NCBI GenBank assembly: GCA_964636285.1
Contig: CAZWQF010000005.1
Coordinates: 19,167-83,166 of the forward strand
DNA: 64,000 nucleotides
From: an uncultured Candidatus Saccharibacteria bacterium
Lineage (GTDB): Bacteria > Patescibacteriota > WWE3 > UBA101185 > 2-01-FULL-41-18
Reading direction: 5' to 3'
Below are positions 34,743 through 44,328 of this stretch, piece by piece. The notes below the pieces were generated by a model. The model did no database searches. It was not told the origin of the DNA and was given only the letters and a program-made list of their open reading frames with translations. Made by a program: the position numbers and the translations under genes. Each line of letters starts with the position of its first letter. The stretch's first letter is position 1.

Positions 34743-37700
34743 TTAAATAGTCCCTTTACAAAACCTTCGACCTTATCTTTTGGCGTCATCTGTATCTTTA
34801 TCTGATCAGGGTTATAAATAATTATTTCCGGAACTCTTCCATCAGGCCAGTATAGTGTTACAACTCCTGTTGCCTTTATTTCTTTTCCTACAAGAGAGTC
34901 CAGGTTGTATTTAAACTTAGAAGTGTCCTTTGAGAAGATTCTAAGAAGGAATGTTTCTTTTGGATTGTCTGTAAAGCCTATGTAGTAACCTTTAGGCATA
35001 TGGTCTTCAATTTTTACAACCTTTCCTTTTACAGTAACAAGTTTGTTTATGTGATCCGCAGAGTTTTTCCAGTCAATTTCAGCAGCCGACTTAACTGTTT
35101 CTGCGCCTAGGACTTGTGGTGTAGTGTTTTGATAGTTTAGTGCTAGCTGGTTCTCAAGGCTTGCTGCCCCTCCTGCTTCGAGGGCAATTATTCCTCCATC
35201 TACTGCTTTTACTAGTACCAGACCATCGCTTACAACAGTAAATGGGGTAGAGTTATCTGGACTGTTCCCACCACTGTAGTAGCTGTTGTGGTATTGGTAA
35301 AAACCTGCCCCATAGCTTCTGTTATCCCCATACGAGTACAGGTTTGATTTACATTCTCTAGTTGTAGCGTTGAATGGGCAGTCAGATGGCCCGAATGTGG
35401 ATCCACTTCCGCCAGGGAAAAGTTGAGGATTACAGGAAACGCCAGGTGTACAGTAAACCTGTCTCCAGATGGTGTTCTGTCCTGCAGCTGCTTTAATAGG
35501 ATTTAAAAAAGTGCTCCCAAGAGAAGGGCTTCTATCAACAATGTTTACAGTTTGATTTACCAGCCAGTGGCTATGGAAAAGCGTATTGCCTGACATTGTC
35601 ATATACATCATTTCGTCTGTTTGTATGTCAAATTGGTGAGTACCTTCTTGAAAGTGGTATTTCCCTGAGCCAATGAATCTTACATCCCCTGCTGAATACC
35701 CTGACATAGAGTTATCAAGTACCATTTCACCAAAAACAGCATCTTCTCTCCCGTCGCACCACATAGTTGCTCCTTGATATGAGCATGTTCCAGCTGTTTG
35801 ACATGGGCAACCGAGTCCGTTCCTCCAGATTACATAAGCAACCTCCTGACCATCAACAGTTTTTATTATTGGTTGTGGCCCCATAGGAAGTATGTTTCCA
35901 TCCCCAGCGCCTCCATTCCCAACTGCTGGGGTAAATGCTTGAGTTCCATTATCTAAGTTTAATGCAAAGAGCGCCTGATTTCTGTTTTTTGATTCTTTAT
36001 AGAGAGGATCAATTTGAGGTCTGTCATAAGCCCAGAGTAGTGCTCTTATAGCCGAGTTTGTGCTTGGGTATGGGTTACTTATCCACAGAGAATCCCAATC
36101 TATTCTATATCTTACAAATACGATGCCGTGCTGCTCTGCAATTACTGGCCATCCTAAAATAGCTTCTGCAAAGTTATTTCCTGCGGAAGAGGCTGGATTT
36201 CCAGGGATTCTGTCTGTTGGTTTTGTTTTCCACTTTCTGGATCCAGTAGTACTAACTGCATGTACATTAAGATCCTGCGTCACATACACAAGTGTGTTTT
36301 TTGAACTTGAGAAGGAAGGAGGTGTTGCTGAGGCGGACTCGCCTGTATATATCCAATTTTGGGTGAGAGCATTTTTATCAAGCGATATAAGATTTCCGGC
36401 GGTTGAAGTGATGTATAGTGTATTGCCTACTGACAATGGCGCCATGTTAGAGCCATAAGTTGTATACGAGTTAACCACGTTTCCATTTGCTGCGTTGATT
36501 TTATAAACACCTGTGCTAGATGTGACATACAGATTCTCAGCATCATATGCTGGGGTGGAGCTAAGGTTTCCAATACCATTTCTAGTCCACAACGTTGTAC
36601 CACTGACTTTATTAGTGCTGTTTTTGTCTAAAGCGTATACGGTATTATTGGCTACTATATAAACTCTACCGCCACCTGTAATAGGTTGTACCATATCTGG
36701 AACTGCAAGATGAGATGACGGTTGTATTGCACCGTTTGCATCTGCAGAATTCCATGACCATTTATATCTCCATGGGCCAGCAACTGTTTGAGCTGTGTAG
36801 CTCGTTCTTTGTGCATTTCCACCAAATTGGGACCATTGGCCTGTTATAACAGGCGTGGAGGTTGGCGATGGGGTTGGGGTTGGAGTAGCTGTAGACGTTG
36901 GCGTAGCTGTTGGAGTTGGCGTTGTAGTAGGAGTTGCTGTGGTTGATGGCATTGGAGTTGGAGTAGCTGTAGACGTTGGCGTAGCTGTTGGAGTTGGGGC
37001 AGGCGTAAACTTTTGAACAATCACTGCATAATCTAAACTATTTATAGTTGAATCGGGGTACTGATCTGTTGAATTGTTTGGAGTTCTATTCCAATTTGAG
37101 ATGAGGGTGTTAACATCAAGATGCGAAACAATTCCATCCCCATTTATATCTCCAGACCCAAGTGTAAGTGTTGGAACAGGTGTGGGTGTTGTCGTGCTTG
37201 TAGATGTGGGTGTTGGAGTGGGTGTCAAGGTGGATGTTGGACTTGGGGTTGGCGTCACAGTGGTAGTTGGTGTTGGAGATGCGGTAGGGGATGGCGCAGG
37301 CGTTGGGGTTGGAGTTGGTGTTGGAACTCCTGAACCGTTTGTAATTTTCAAAGCGTAGTCTGTGTTGAGATTTGAAACTGGCACCTTAAGAATATTTGAA
37401 GTGGCTGAAATAGTTGACGTGGTTGACAGTAATCCGGTGTAGGTATTCCATACTTCAACTTTATATTGGGAGTTTAAAAGTCCAGGTATTTCAATCTCTC
37501 CACTTACAGCAGTGGGTGTATTACCAGCGCTTCTCCATGTGTTATTTCTGTTCTGTAGCCATACGTAGACCTTTGATTTGTCTGATGATTTCATTCCATA
37601 GGCTCTAATTGTGTTATTTGTACTAGCTATAAGCTCCCCAGCATACCCAGAAGGGGCGTCACTTGGTGTCATAAGGTACGAAAGGTTAAGTTTAGAGTAC

Positions 37701-39349
37701 TCAATATCATCAAAAAATGACTTTATTGCCTTTCTTTGAATATATCGATTTTGAGTAGTTGCAGCATCCTCCTCAAGCCAAGACCAGTCTATTGGGGAAC
37801 TTCCTATAGGAGAAAATAGACCCGCCCAAGCTGTATTGTGTAACATCTTGAGTCTTCCAGCTCCAGACTTAGCTATAGGATCAACTACGTCCCATGATGT
37901 TAATGCATCCATTTCTCCCCAGATCCAAGGCATATGCCCTTTCTGAGTATTCCATGCAGTGCCGTCGCCTAGACCGAGGCTATTGCACATGTTGCTTGAG
38001 CCTTTAGTTCCTGTATCCCTCAAGCACCATGCAAATTTGTAGATAAAGTTAGCATCATCGTATGAAAGGTCTGCACTGTATCTTGAGATCATCATGTAGT
38101 CGTGATAAGTCGCGATATCAAACGCACCTGATGTCCAGAATGCTGGGCTAAAGGCTTGAGATCCTTGGGATGTTGTCCTTAAATGTCCGTAAGGATCAAC
38201 AAGTTTTTGAAAAGCTCCGTATTTCTCATAAAACTTGAAAGTTGAGGTGTTAGGGGTTACATGTCCATGTTCATTCCATGCTTCCCAACCTAAAATAGAG
38301 GTAGAGTACCCCCATCTTGCCACTCTATACCTAAAATTTCTTTTCCAGTATCCCAAATGTCGATTGCTATCAAATGCCTGTATTGAGGTATTCCACGGCT
38401 CTTCGTATACAGATCCATCCCAGATCCAGTAAGGATCGCCGTGAGATGATAAAAGTATATAAACACCATTCTTCTCTGCGGATTCTATTATCTTATCCTC
38501 CTGATAATTACCCCTTTGGTTAAATTGAGTGCCCTTTGTGATCTTGCTTAGATCAACGCCGGTATCCACAGGGTTGTAATCAGACGGAAAACTATATCCG
38601 TCATATCTTCCTTCTACGGTTAGGGAGTACCCGTCGTTTTGATCCCAAACCCTTGTTAAGTTAATGCCATTAGCCCCAAAATCAGTAAAAGCTTGTTCGT
38701 AATCAAAGCTTCTCCTTCCGCAACATGCCCACCATTGCCTACCACTTGCAATTGGAATGTAACTTGTACCGTTGTCAAATTGAAGGAATCTTTTATCCTG
38801 AGCTACTCTTACAAAACCTTTTTCACTTGATGCAGTAGACGTAAATGAAAGGCTTCCTGTTTGAGGGTATGTGGTAGAACCGTTTTTATCAGTGATCTTG
38901 ATTGTGTATGTATAATTTCCAGTCTCTGCTGGGGTATATCTTACTTTCCAGCTGTAATTATTTGTTGGAGTCATAGTCTCTCCTGAATTGAGAGATCCTG
39001 TTCTAACATACTCTTGGTAGTAAAATGCAGGAACATTAATTGTAGCACCACTCGGGGTTCTAACTACCGCATCTATTGTAATTCCATCAACACCGTACAC
39101 GCTTCTACCTGGGTCACTTTCTTTAGTATCTAGTGGGTCGTAGTAATAATATGGAAGTATAGAACCCGGCTCAAAAGCTTGTGATATTTTAAAATTAACC
39201 TCATATTTCTTAAATTTAGGTACGCTATCAGTAACCGGAGTTAGTTGAGTGACTGTAGGAGTTCCGGCAGCATGCGCCACAAACTTTGCTGAGATAAAGC
39301 AGGTAATGAAAAGCAATGTACTGACAAATATTTTTTTATTAAGACTCAT
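34733..39349 (-). CDS. Large secreted modular protein: DUF5060-like, clan GH-A glycoside hydrolase, dockerin, PQQ-like beta-propeller, OB-fold
   Basis: Signal peptide; WKVRYTP..G.Y; YRVARWGYS..ILGWEAWNE and IWGE; GDINGDGIVSHLD; WSQFGGNAQRT; C-terminal VTVKGKV...GKEIKATG..PEIII. Confidence 0.78.
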   Translation of the reverse strand: MSLNKKIFVSTLLFITCFISAKFVAHAAGTPTVTQLTPVTDSVPKFKKYEVNFKISQAFEPGSILPYYYYDPLDTKESDPGRSVYGVDGITIDAVVRTPSGATINVPAFYYQEYVRTGSLNSGETMTPTNNYSWKVRYTPAETGNYTYTIKITDKNGSTTYPQTGSLSFTSTASSEKGFVRVAQDKRFLQFDNGTSYIPIASGRQWWACCGRRSFDYEQAFTDFGANGINLTRVWDQNDGYSLTVEGRYDGYSFPSDYNPVDTGVDLSKITKGTQFNQRGNYQEDKIIESAEKNGVYILLSSHGDPYWIWDGSVYEEPWNTSIQAFDSNRHLGYWKRNFRYRVARWGYSTSILGWEAWNEHGHVTPNTSTFKFYEKYGAFQKLVDPYGHLRTTSQGSQAFSPAFWTSGAFDIATYHDYMMISRYSADLSYDDANFIYKFAWCLRDTGTKGSSNMCNSLGLGDGTAWNTQKGHMPWIWGEMDALTSWDVVDPIAKSGAGRLKMLHNTAWAGLFSPIGSSPIDWSWLEEDAATTQNRYIQRKAIKSFFDDIEYSKLNLSYLMTPSDAPSGYAGELIASTNNTIRAYGMKSSDKSKVYVWLQNRNNTWRSAGNTPTAVSGEIEIPGLLNSQYKVEVWNTYTGLLSTTSTISATSNILKVPVSNLNTDYALKITNGSGVPTPTPTPTPAPSPTASPTPTTTVTPTPSPTSTLTPTPTPTSTSTTTPTPVPTLTLGSGDINGDGIVSHLDVNTLISNWNRTPNNSTDQYPDSTINSLDYAVIVQKFTPAPTPTATPTSTATPTPMPSTTATPTTTPTPTATPTSTATPTPTPSPTSTPVITGQWSQFGGNAQRTSYTAQTVAGPWRYKWSWNSADANGAIQPSSHLAVPDMVQPITGGGRVYIVANNTVYALDKNSTNKVSGTTLWTRNGIGNLSSTPAYDAENLYVTSSTGVYKINAANGNVVNSYTTYGSNMAPLSVGNTLYITSTAGNLISLDKNALTQNWIYTGESASATPPSFSSSKNTLVYVTQDLNVHAVSTTGSRKWKTKPTDRIPGNPASSAGNNFAEAILGWPVIAEQHGIVFVRYRIDWDSLWISNPYPSTNSAIRALLWAYDRPQIDPLYKESKNRNQALFALNLDNGTQAFTPAVGNGGAGDGNILPMGPQPIIKTVDGQEVAYVIWRNGLGCPCQTAGTCSYQGATMWCDGREDAVFGEMVLDNSMSGYSAGDVRFIGSGKYHFQEGTHQFDIQTDEMMYMTMSGNTLFHSHWLVNQTVNIVDRSPSLGSTFLNPIKAAAGQNTIWRQVYCTPGVSCNPQLFPGGSGSTFGPSDCPFNATTRECKSNLYSYGDNRSYGAGFYQYHNSYYSGGNSPDNSTPFTVVSDGLVLVKAVDGGIIALEAGGAASLENQLALNYQNTTPQVLGAETVKSAAEIDWKNSADHINKLVTVKGKVVKIEDHMPKGYYIGFTDNPKETFLLRIFSKDTSKFKYNLDSLVGKEIKATGVVTLYWPDGRVPEIIIYNPDQIKIQMTPKDKVEGFVKGLFKWN
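36879..36997. repeat. Perfect 41-bp direct repeat, period 78 bp, in the Pro/Thr linker
   Basis: GTTGGAGTAGCTGTAGACGTTGGCGTAGCTGTTGGAGTTGG at 36879-36919 and 36957-36997. Confidence 0.85.
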
Positions 39350-39435
39350 CTTATCTTAATATAATCTCTTTTTTGCCCTAATAAAGTCAAGAGTTTATTA
39401 TTCTGTTAACTGTTAATGAGTGGTATCATTTATCA

Positions 39436-40356
39436 ATGAATTTAAATAAGCTTGGTTACACAGAAAAACTTTTTATATTACCTTTTGATCATAGGACTTC
39501 ATTTGCCACAAAATATTTTAACTTAATAGGACCAGGCTCAATTTTGGAATCTCAAAAGCAGATTATTAAGGAGTGCCGTCAAGTAGTTTACGAAGGGTTT
39601 CTGAAAGCTGTTGCTTTAGCTATACCAAAATCCCAGGCCTCGTTTCTTACTGATGAGGAGTACGGAGATTCTATATTAAAAAAAGCTGTACAAGATGGAT
39701 ATGTGGTGTGCCAAACGACTGAAAAAAGTGGTCAAAGAGAGTTTCAGTTTGAGTATGGGGATTCTTTTGGAGAGCACCTGAATAACATCAACCCCCTTTT
39801 CGCAAAAGCTTTATTGATATACAACCCTCAGGGAGATAAAGACATTAATAAAAGACAACGGGCTTCTATTAGAAGGCTAGCAAATTTTTGCCATCTTAAC
39901 GGTTACAAACTTCTAGTGGAGCCCTTAGTTCACGCTACGGAGTCACAGATGGAGAGTTTTGGAGGGGATAGAAAAAAATACGATATTGAACTAAGACCGC
40001 AATTAACAATAGAGATGATTGAAGAATTTCACAGGGATGAAGTAGAAGTTGATGTGTGGAAGATTGAAGGTATGTACTCAAATAATGACTATCAACTGGT
40101 ATCAAATAAGGCAAGAGAAGGCGGAAGAGAAAATGTGGGAATTGTAATTTTAGGTAGGGCAGAGTCAGTTGAAATAGTGGAGCATTGGCTAAAAGAGGGT
40201 TCCACAGTTCCTGGAGTGATTGGATTTGCCATAGGAAGAACAATCTTCTATGAGCCGCTCTTTGATTTAAGGGATGGAAAGATCTCAAGGTCGCAAGCAG
40301 TTGATAAAATTGCGAATAATTATATCCATTTTTATAAGATTTTCTGTGGTCAATGA
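39436..40356 (+). CDS. DUF2090 family class I aldolase-like protein
   Basis: LFILPFDHR, EKSGQREFQFEYG, DVWKIEG, VILGR, GFAIGRTIF. Confidence 0.82.
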   Translation: MNLNKLGYTEKLFILPFDHRTSFATKYFNLIGPGSILESQKQIIKECRQVVYEGFLKAVALAIPKSQASFLTDEEYGDSILKKAVQDGYVVCQTTEKSGQREFQFEYGDSFGEHLNNINPLFAKALLIYNPQGDKDINKRQRASIRRLANFCHLNGYKLLVEPLVHATESQMESFGGDRKKYDIELRPQLTIEMIEEFHRDEVEVDVWKIEGMYSNNDYQLVSNKAREGGRENVGIVILGRAESVEIVEHWLKEGSTVPGVIGFAIGRTIFYEPLFDLRDGKISRSQAVDKIANNYIHFYKIFCGQ

Positions 40357-41471
40357 CTTTTACAAGAATAATTAAGGTACTTATTGTTATACTCTCCGCC
40401 TTGTATGTGCAGATTAATTTTGAGTCTGAATCTTTAGCCTCAGACGATGCCTCTAATTTATTGGAATACAGTAAGGGTATTGTGGTTTCAATAACTAATG
40501 AGGGTATGGTGGATTTAGGTGGAATTTCAGCCCCATATCAAGAGTTATTAGTTAGGTTTGAGGATGGGCACTCGCAAGGAAATACTGTAAGTGTTAAATA
40601 CGGCACTAGTTTTAGTATAAACGAATCTCAGAAAGTGAAAGTTGGTGATAGGGTTGTTGTGAGCAGGGCCTTCTCTTCAGGAGCTGCTGAGTATTTTATT
40701 GCTGATAGATACAGGATTGATAATCTCCTTCTTGGGCTCATCTTGTTTGTGGTACTTGTTGTCATATTTGCTAGATTTAAAGGTATCACATCTGTATTTG
40801 GGCTGATTTTCTCAGTCTTAGTGATCACTTACTACATTGTCCCAAAACTTGTTAGTGGAGAAAACCCAATTTTAATTGTAGCTACTGGAACAGTGTTAAT
40901 TGGAGTTGTTTCATTGTATCTAGCTCATGGAGTCTCTATTAGAACAACCCTTTCCTTAGTGAGTATTTTGGTAACTATGATCATAGCCGTATTAATTGCA
41001 ATTCTGAGCGTCTCCACCTTGAAGTTAACTGGTTCTGGGTCAGAAGAAGCATTTTTTCTACAGCTATCTTCTCAAAAAATTAGTCTTCAGGGGTTACTCT
41101 TGGGTGGTATTATTATGGGAGTCCTTGGGGTCCTAGATGACATCACAACAGCGCAGACAGCTGTAGTTTACGAGCTGAAACGGGCCAATCCTAAGTTAAC
41201 ATGGGTTGAATTATATAAAAGGGGCATTTTTGTTGGAACAGAGCATATAACTTCCCTTATTAACACTTTGTTTTTGGCATATGCGGGAGCATCCCTGCCG
41301 CTTTTTTTGCTTTTTACGGTACATTCTGATAAACCGGTTTGGGTAACTATTAACAGTGAGTTTGTCATGGAGGAGATTGTTAGATCTCTAATTGGTAGTG
41401 CTTCTTTAGTGATAGCTGTACCTATATCCACTTTGATTGCTGCTTACTACTTTAAAGATTCTGAAAGTTAA
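40353..41471 (+). CDS. YibE/F family membrane protein
   Basis: LGVLDDITTAQ, SLINTLFLAYAGASLPL, EEIVRSLIGS..L..AVPIST. Confidence 0.9.
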   Translation: MTFTRIIKVLIVILSALYVQINFESESLASDDASNLLEYSKGIVVSITNEGMVDLGGISAPYQELLVRFEDGHSQGNTVSVKYGTSFSINESQKVKVGDRVVVSRAFSSGAAEYFIADRYRIDNLLLGLILFVVLVVIFARFKGITSVFGLIFSVLVITYYIVPKLVSGENPILIVATGTVLIGVVSLYLAHGVSIRTTLSLVSILVTMIIAVLIAILSVSTLKLTGSGSEEAFFLQLSSQKISLQGLLLGGIIMGVLGVLDDITTAQTAVVYELKRANPKLTWVELYKRGIFVGTEHITSLINTLFLAYAGASLPLFLLFTVHSDKPVWVTINSEFVMEEIVRSLIGSASLVIAVPISTLIAAYYFKDSES

Positions 41472-41507
41472 TATTGAGGTGTTCAAAAAAGTATTTATAC
41501 TATTGAT

Positions 41508-42023
41508 ATGCCTGCTCTAAAAATCCTCCAAACTGCATATAATAACCAGAAGGGCTTGTCTTTACTTGAGGTCCTAATGGTTGTAGTTATTTTGGCAATT
41601 CTCTTTGGAGTTGCTGTGTTAAATATTAGGCCTGATTATAATTTGGAGCAGGCGAGATATGCTAATGCAAGGCAGTCTCTTGTTGAGATAGCTAATGCCG
41701 CCCAAATCTACGCCTCTGAGCATGATGATTACCCTGGAGATGTAAATAGAAATATCCCAGAAGATTTTATTGAATATATTTCCCCAGGAGCTTGGCCAAA
41801 TGGACCCTGGAAAAATTCATTGTACGATTGGGATAATTGGAGCAGTCAGACATGCTGGGATGGTTCCACGGGAATTATTCAGATTACTCTTAGGCAAGTT
41901 AATGGATATAAGGGAAAAACAGATTACACTATTTATTATGTTATCGAAGGGGTTGGAATTCCTCACTGTAGCACCACAACAACTAAGGGGGAGTGCATCA
42001 ACTGTGTAAGTAGGTACCCTTAA
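41508..42023 (+). CDS. Type IV pilin / pseudopilin-like protein
   Basis: Class III signal KG|LSLLEVLMVVVILAIL with Glu at +5; C-terminal cysteines. Confidence 0.85.
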   Translation: MPALKILQTAYNNQKGLSLLEVLMVVVILAILFGVAVLNIRPDYNLEQARYANARQSLVEIANAAQIYASEHDDYPGDVNRNIPEDFIEYISPGAWPNGPWKNSLYDWDNWSSQTCWDGSTGIIQITLRQVNGYKGKTDYTIYYVIEGVGIPHCSTTTTKGECINCVSRYP

Positions 42024-42031
42024 ATTTAACT

Positions 42032-42913
42032 TTAAACTTCAACTGGAGTTATTTTGATATAAAATCCCGACACAAGAACTTTACCAAATGAACTTCTCTG
42101 CAAAATATTGCCGCATGTCAAATTTCCGTTAAGAGAATTTAGATTTTCAGCAATTTCCTTAACGGCAACGTTGTAGTCCATGTCTTTTGCATATATGTTT
42201 ACTAGAATTAATTTAAAGTCATCTGCAATAATATTTCCAAGCTTATTCATAAACTCTGGCAAATCCTTTGAAAGTTTCCATACCCCTTTATCACTTCTTC
42301 CAAATGCAGGTGGGTCAGCAAAAATAATGTTGTATTTATTTCCTCTCTTTGTTTCTTTTTCTACAAATGTTGTACAGTCTTCATTAATAACCCTGCAGCC
42401 AGTGTTTATCCTGTTAATTTCAAGATTTTCCTTCATCCATGCACATGCAGGTTTTGAGGAATCTACATGGGTGGTTTCGGCATTTGATTGACACGCTGCA
42501 ATACTTGCAATGCCTGTGTAGCCAAACAAATTTATAAAGCGAGTGGTTTTTGAGGAGTCCTCAGTTTCTACAGCTTTCTTTAGAAGATTCCAGTTTTCAC
42601 TCTGTTCAAAAAATACACCTATATTCTTAAAATCGTGAATTTTGATTAATGCTTTGCAAATGTCTAAATTTATCTGAAATTTCTCAGGTACTTTATTCTG
42701 AAACTCCCAGCCGTTAATATCTTCGGAATATTTAATATCGTAGTTAGTCCAAAGTTCCTCCTTTTGTTTTTTACCTCTTGCGTTAACATCCGGTCTTATA
42801 AAAGTATACGGGCCTATCTTCTCTAGCTTCTGGAACTCTCCAAAGTCTAGAAGTTCATAACCTGTCGATCCCTTTGAAACTATATCAGCTTTTTTCTCAG
42901 CAATATTTATCAC
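42032..42913 (-). CDS. Class I SAM-dependent methyltransferase (RlmI/RlmK-like)
   Basis: YELLDFG, GVFFEQ, NLFGYTG, HVDSS, DPPAFG. Confidence 0.85.
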   Translation of the reverse strand: MINIAEKKADIVSKGSTGYELLDFGEFQKLEKIGPYTFIRPDVNARGKKQKEELWTNYDIKYSEDINGWEFQNKVPEKFQINLDICKALIKIHDFKNIGVFFEQSENWNLLKKAVETEDSSKTTRFINLFGYTGIASIAACQSNAETTHVDSSKPACAWMKENLEINRINTGCRVINEDCTTFVEKETKRGNKYNIIFADPPAFGRSDKGVWKLSKDLPEFMNKLGNIIADDFKLILVNIYAKDMDYNVAVKEIAENLNSLNGNLTCGNILQRSSFGKVLVSGFYIKITPVEV

Positions 42914-42947
42914 AAAACTATTATACCAATTTATTTTGAATTATGGG

Positions 42948-44153
42948 TCATCGATTCTTAAAGACCACCGCGTTTGCTGGTGCCCTACCTGGCCCTGCCA
43001 AATACGAGCTATTGTAGAAGAGCCCTACAGAGCCTCCACCGTCAAGTGCAATTGCATTCTTAGACCCAACTGCTTTGTGTACATAAGCTAGTTCAAAATT
43101 GGTAACACCTCTAGCTACAATCATGTAAGCCTTACTTCCTCCAAAGCCTATTGAACTTCTTGTTGACCTTATCTTTTCTTTGGAGTCAAGTTTGTAGTTT
43201 CCTACTATAACGCTACCATCTTTCAAGAGGCCTGGTGTCATAGTGATGGCCGCATCCACAGAACCGCCGCCGTACCCTTTTGCGAATGTATACATACTCC
43301 CTCCATTACCGTTGAATGTTATGAGTGCCCTATTATCCCAAAACATGTTATCTTTGTTTATCCACCTACCCAGCCTTGAATTATAGATAGGAAAATCGAA
43401 TGACCCCTTTTTCTCAGAGCACTGAGCATAGTCGGCTGGACAGAAGTAACTTCCGTTAATTCCTGCAAAACCACCAAGCCTTTGAACATAACTGCCAACT
43501 GCCATGAGGCTGCAGTTGGATTTGCATTCGGAATTGACAGCGGTATCAGTCATGACCTTAACCTTATTTAAATCTGCAACAATAATGTCAGCGCTAAATA
43601 CACCTACTTCTGTTACAACGTTATACCTCACATATCCAGAACCGCTAACCACGCTCTCATACCTCTTTTTAGCTTCTTCTAGAGCTTTTCTGTCTGCCTC
43701 AAGCTTTGCTTGGTAGCTGGCTTCAAGCTTTTTATTTACTTCGGATGCGGACATGCTTGCCTCCTCAAACTTAAGGAGTGACAATTTGTCTAAAATAACT
43801 GGATAGGATTCCATGAAAGATTCAACCTTAACTCCCTGGGCTTTATATTTTTCACTTTTATCCTTAATTTCTTTAACTTGTTGTAAGGTAGATTTCACTA
43901 GTTTCAGCTCTTTATTCGACTCAAGTTCGTTGAGTTTTTGGGTTTCTTGAGAAAGCGCAGATATAGAAGACTCTTTCTCCACTATAATTGACTCAAGTTT
44001 GCTCAAATCCTCTCTATATTTTGATACTTTTTGACTTAGACTGAAAACTTCATTGCTTTTGTCTATATAGAGTTTAGTACTCAGCCCTCCTGTCAGAAGT
44101 AAGGTGGTAAGAGTGGTCAATAATATGGGTTTTAGAGCAGGGTTTTTCATCAT
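42948..44153 (-). CDS. Phosphodiester glycosidase (NAGPA-like) family protein with coiled-coil stalk
   Basis: N-terminal TM, coiled coil, AGINGSYF, RSSIG, AIALDGGGS. Confidence 0.83.
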   Translation of the reverse strand: MMKNPALKPILLTTLTTLLLTGGLSTKLYIDKSNEVFSLSQKVSKYREDLSKLESIIVEKESSISALSQETQKLNELESNKELKLVKSTLQQVKEIKDKSEKYKAQGVKVESFMESYPVILDKLSLLKFEEASMSASEVNKKLEASYQAKLEADRKALEEAKKRYESVVSGSGYVRYNVVTEVGVFSADIIVADLNKVKVMTDTAVNSECKSNCSLMAVGSYVQRLGGFAGINGSYFCPADYAQCSEKKGSFDFPIYNSRLGRWINKDNMFWDNRALITFNGNGGSMYTFAKGYGGGSVDAAITMTPGLLKDGSVIVGNYKLDSKEKIRSTRSSIGFGGSKAYMIVARGVTNFELAYVHKAVGSKNAIALDGGGSVGLFYNSSYLAGPGRAPANAVVFKNR

Positions 44154-44205
44154 GTTAATGATATCAGATCTTTAGTATTTGCTGTAGGTACAGCTTTTGT
44201 CAATG

Positions 44206-44234
44206 TTGACATAGATATATGTCTATGATACTAT
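44206..44234 (+). promoter_or_regulatory. Consensus sigma70 promoter of the greA operon
   Basis: TTGACA (44206-44211), 17-nt spacer ending in TGa, TACTAT (44229-44234). Confidence 0.78.
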
Positions 44235-44267
44235 GCAGAGGTTCGAAAGATAGAAGCAGTTCCTATT

Positions 44268-44317
44268 TCCCCTTTAATAGTTTAAGACTGGTTTCTTATA
44301 ACTCAGGGGATTTTTTT
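44268..44317 (+). terminator. Intrinsic terminator/attenuator-like hairpin in the greA leader
   Basis: TCCCCT...AGTT-TAAGA-loop-TCTTA-t-AACT...AGGGGA followed by T7, just before the SD. Confidence 0.6.
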
Positions 44318-44328
44318 ATGGAGGAATT

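Noticed and set aside
36840-37330. Repetitive DNA as a possible CRISPR array
   Set aside because: Repeats are codon-periodic inside an ORF, with no unique spacers and no cas genes.
33568-37358. Antisense GVGVGV-rich ORFs (33568, 34126, 37074, 37121)
   Set aside because: Reverse-strand mirrors of PT linkers, with no independent coding signal.
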